64,000 nucleotides of DNA, from positions 6,386,001 through 6,450,000 of the forward strand of contig CM035354.1 of the NCBI GenBank assembly GCA_020137815.1. Reading direction: 5' to 3'. The notes under the pieces are model-generated. The model had not been told where the DNA came from, ran no database searches, and was given only the letters and a program-made list of their open reading frames with translations. The position numbers and the translations under genes were made by a program. Of this stretch, positions 63,001 to 64,000 are shown one piece after another (within the stretch, counting starts at the first letter, position 1; the number at the start of each line of letters is the position of its first letter). The DNA comes from Hormiphora californensis. Lineage: Eukaryota > Animalia > Ctenophora.

Positions 63001-64000
63001 ACAAGTGATCTGATCTACGAGGGCGGTTGGCTGGAGTCGATTAGTTAGGATAATATTGGGATACATAGCACCCACATCTAAATGGTATATCATCGGCTTC
63101 TCCACTCGATTAGGAGTATCACGGAGAGATGTCAGGATCTCTGTTATCTCGGATATCACCTAGCAAGATCATAACAATTAGCCATTAATTAGCGGATAGC
63201 TACCGTAGAGAAAGAAGTGTTGTGTGCTGCAGTAGCGACCAAGATATCTATATTGAAGATATCATGACCCCTGGTTGATATAGTTTTTACCTCCTCGAAG
63301 TTGGTCACATACTCCATTGGTACTTTCTCCTCCTTTTCGATGGCAAACTTCATCGTCTCCTCCAGCTCATCCAGCAACGTCTGGAAGGCAGAGGGGGTAA
63401 CCCGGAATTTGATGGGAATATCCGCCCGGAAAACTCCTGACTCCAAGGCTTCAACGTGACCACCCACGTAGGTTTCTGCTTCCAAAAGGTGGCCATCAGT
63501 GGTCATTTTACCGAGTTCTGCCCTTTGCTTGTTTGGAAACACAATGTTCTCCCTGCAGAGAGATATAATGTTTTATGAAGGAGCACCAAGACAATGCATT
63601 TCAAAACATTGAGATCTGAAACAACCTACTTGTAAGCTTGGACCATGAGGAGCGCCTCACACAGGGTTCCAGATCCCTTTCGAAGGACCTCATCAGGAGG
63701 CATTGGCAGGATGGTACACAGGGCAAAGGTGAAGGGGTGGACATACTTCATGTAGAGGTAATAGGTTGCTACTGCATCTGATACACTGTACGTAGACATC
63801 ACCTGGCAATGAAGTATAGTTAATCAAACACCTGTCAAATTAAGTGGTTTGTTAGGAAAGGAGTGGTAGTTGGAAATGGGGCAGCCTTTCCTTTTCATAT
63901 AATTTATACAGGCCCTCGAGGGGGTGTAATCCCCATCGAAGGAAGTGCATGATATAGTCACATATATACCTGAGGTTGTTCAGCTGCCATTCTGCACATC
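43779..64000 (-). CDS. POLE: DNA polymerase epsilon catalytic subunit (roughly 25 exons in the window; 5' end outside it)
   Basis: [109 protein letters not shown] and C-terminal CysA/CysB zinc motifs (CSKC..DLDLC; [13 protein letters not shown]). Confidence 0.98.
45255..46092. mobile_element. Foldback element in a POLE intron
   Basis: Arms TAGAGCCCTCCCGATGGGAAGGC... are inverted over more than 300 bp. An internal 34-bp piece (CTCAAATTAATTTGTTTAAAGTAGTGTTGAAAAG) also occurs at ~16301. Confidence 0.85.
48300..52530 (+). CDS. Nested antisense gene: type I membrane protein with 4 PAN/apple-like modules and a CxCxGxx-repeat stalk (~1,096 aa)
   Basis: Nine in-frame exons: 48300-48399, 48559-48670, 48786-49036, 49115-49226, 49351-49502, 49632-49743, 49845-50101, 50218-50329, 50448-52530. 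Signal peptide [18 protein letters not shown]; [26 protein letters not shown]; basic and poly-Ser tail; TATA-like TATATAAG at ~48143. Confidence 0.85.
55232..55410 (-). repeat. Four tandem 44-45-bp copies of the cathepsin gene's last codons and stop
   Basis: Each unit reads EE(L/M)CPCDKKR(M/L)EL* on the minus strand. Confidence 0.9.
55365..56468 (-). CDS. Nested same-strand, intronless cathepsin L-like (C1A) protein, catalytic Cys replaced by Gly
   Basis: Signal peptide [16 protein letters not shown]; I29-like propeptide ([10 protein letters not shown]....LN; LNKFSAMT); [20 protein letters not shown]; TATA-like TATATAAAA at ~56511-56519. Confidence 0.9.
   Translation of the reverse strand: MKLLLILLSQLALTQATDDGLKTILRSPMKTLQLYRKFKGDQHLQYNSAEEDGLRFRLFKQNAHYVAELNDVKGEKAHFELNKFSAMTSAEKESRIGLNRTGSEQPAGSDEEEPPKMMNLKAPSRLFWLDKVTPVKDQGSCGSGWAFAAVGSLETRYAMETGVLRNFAEQECIDCASTYPYKGCNHGRIYHCFDHARRKKHLAGTSDYPYRGARGSCLQRNTENSLVAARIDDYKVIRGFESYNLAALGQGAIAMTIVATDRFTNYAWGILTDKTCNYIDNHAVTGVGYTPDYYLIKNSWGADWGDKGFAKLARGYDSRCRLFYNSRYPILVSTGESEWRKADPATDYGKQDDEEELCPCDKKRMEL
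59311..59875 (-). mobile_element. Helentron-associated element, copy 2, in a POLE intron
   Basis: Differs from 7256-7814 by a few substitutions and a small GTCAGT duplication. Confidence 0.75.
60262..60966 (+). CDS. Nested antisense secreted F-type lectin (fucolectin / F5/8C-like domain)
   Basis: Exons 60262-60503 and 60639-~60966: signal peptide, [50 protein letters not shown]. The 3' end is uncertain (possible donor at ~60908). Confidence 0.78.
61085..62533. mobile_element. 1.45-kb long member of the CAGTCGGACCCCGATTTA family (TA TSD)
   Basis: Same TIRs as the 170-bp MITEs; internal repeats of GTTCGTTTCGAACCGTCTAATTAGCGACAGG; no transposase ORF seen. Confidence 0.88.

Overview
Intron-rich eukaryotic (animal) genomic DNA, not prokaryotic. 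It has GT-AG introns, many (CT)n microsatellites and many non-autonomous DNA transposons. Gene style and repeat content suggest a ctenophore (Pleurobrachia/Hormiphora-like); that assignment is an inference. Left to right: the 3' half of an M13 (neprilysin-like) gene lacking HExxH; an unknown low-complexity gene (-); an intronless rhodopsin-class GPCR; a 5'-truncated LINE; and a Groucho/TLE gene whose middle runs through about 5 kb of homopolymer-garbled sequence. Next comes a tightly packed, co-oriented minus-strand run, POLE > EFCAB10 > ZCCHC9 > PEX11 > F-box/LRR, where each downstream gene has a splice acceptor just before its ATG (possible SL trans-spliced, operon-like array). Four genes are nested in introns. 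Three lie in POLE: (i) a ~1,096-aa membrane protein with 4 PAN/apple-like modules and a very regular CxCxGxx heptad stalk; (ii) a same-strand intronless cathepsin L-like protein with catalytic Cys replaced by Gly and an RMEL C-terminus; (iii) an F-type lectin. The fourth is an Arg/Glu-repeat ORF in EFCAB10 whose stop codon is supplied by a TTAA-flanked foldback transposon. Exon boundaries were read by eye and may be off by a few bases.
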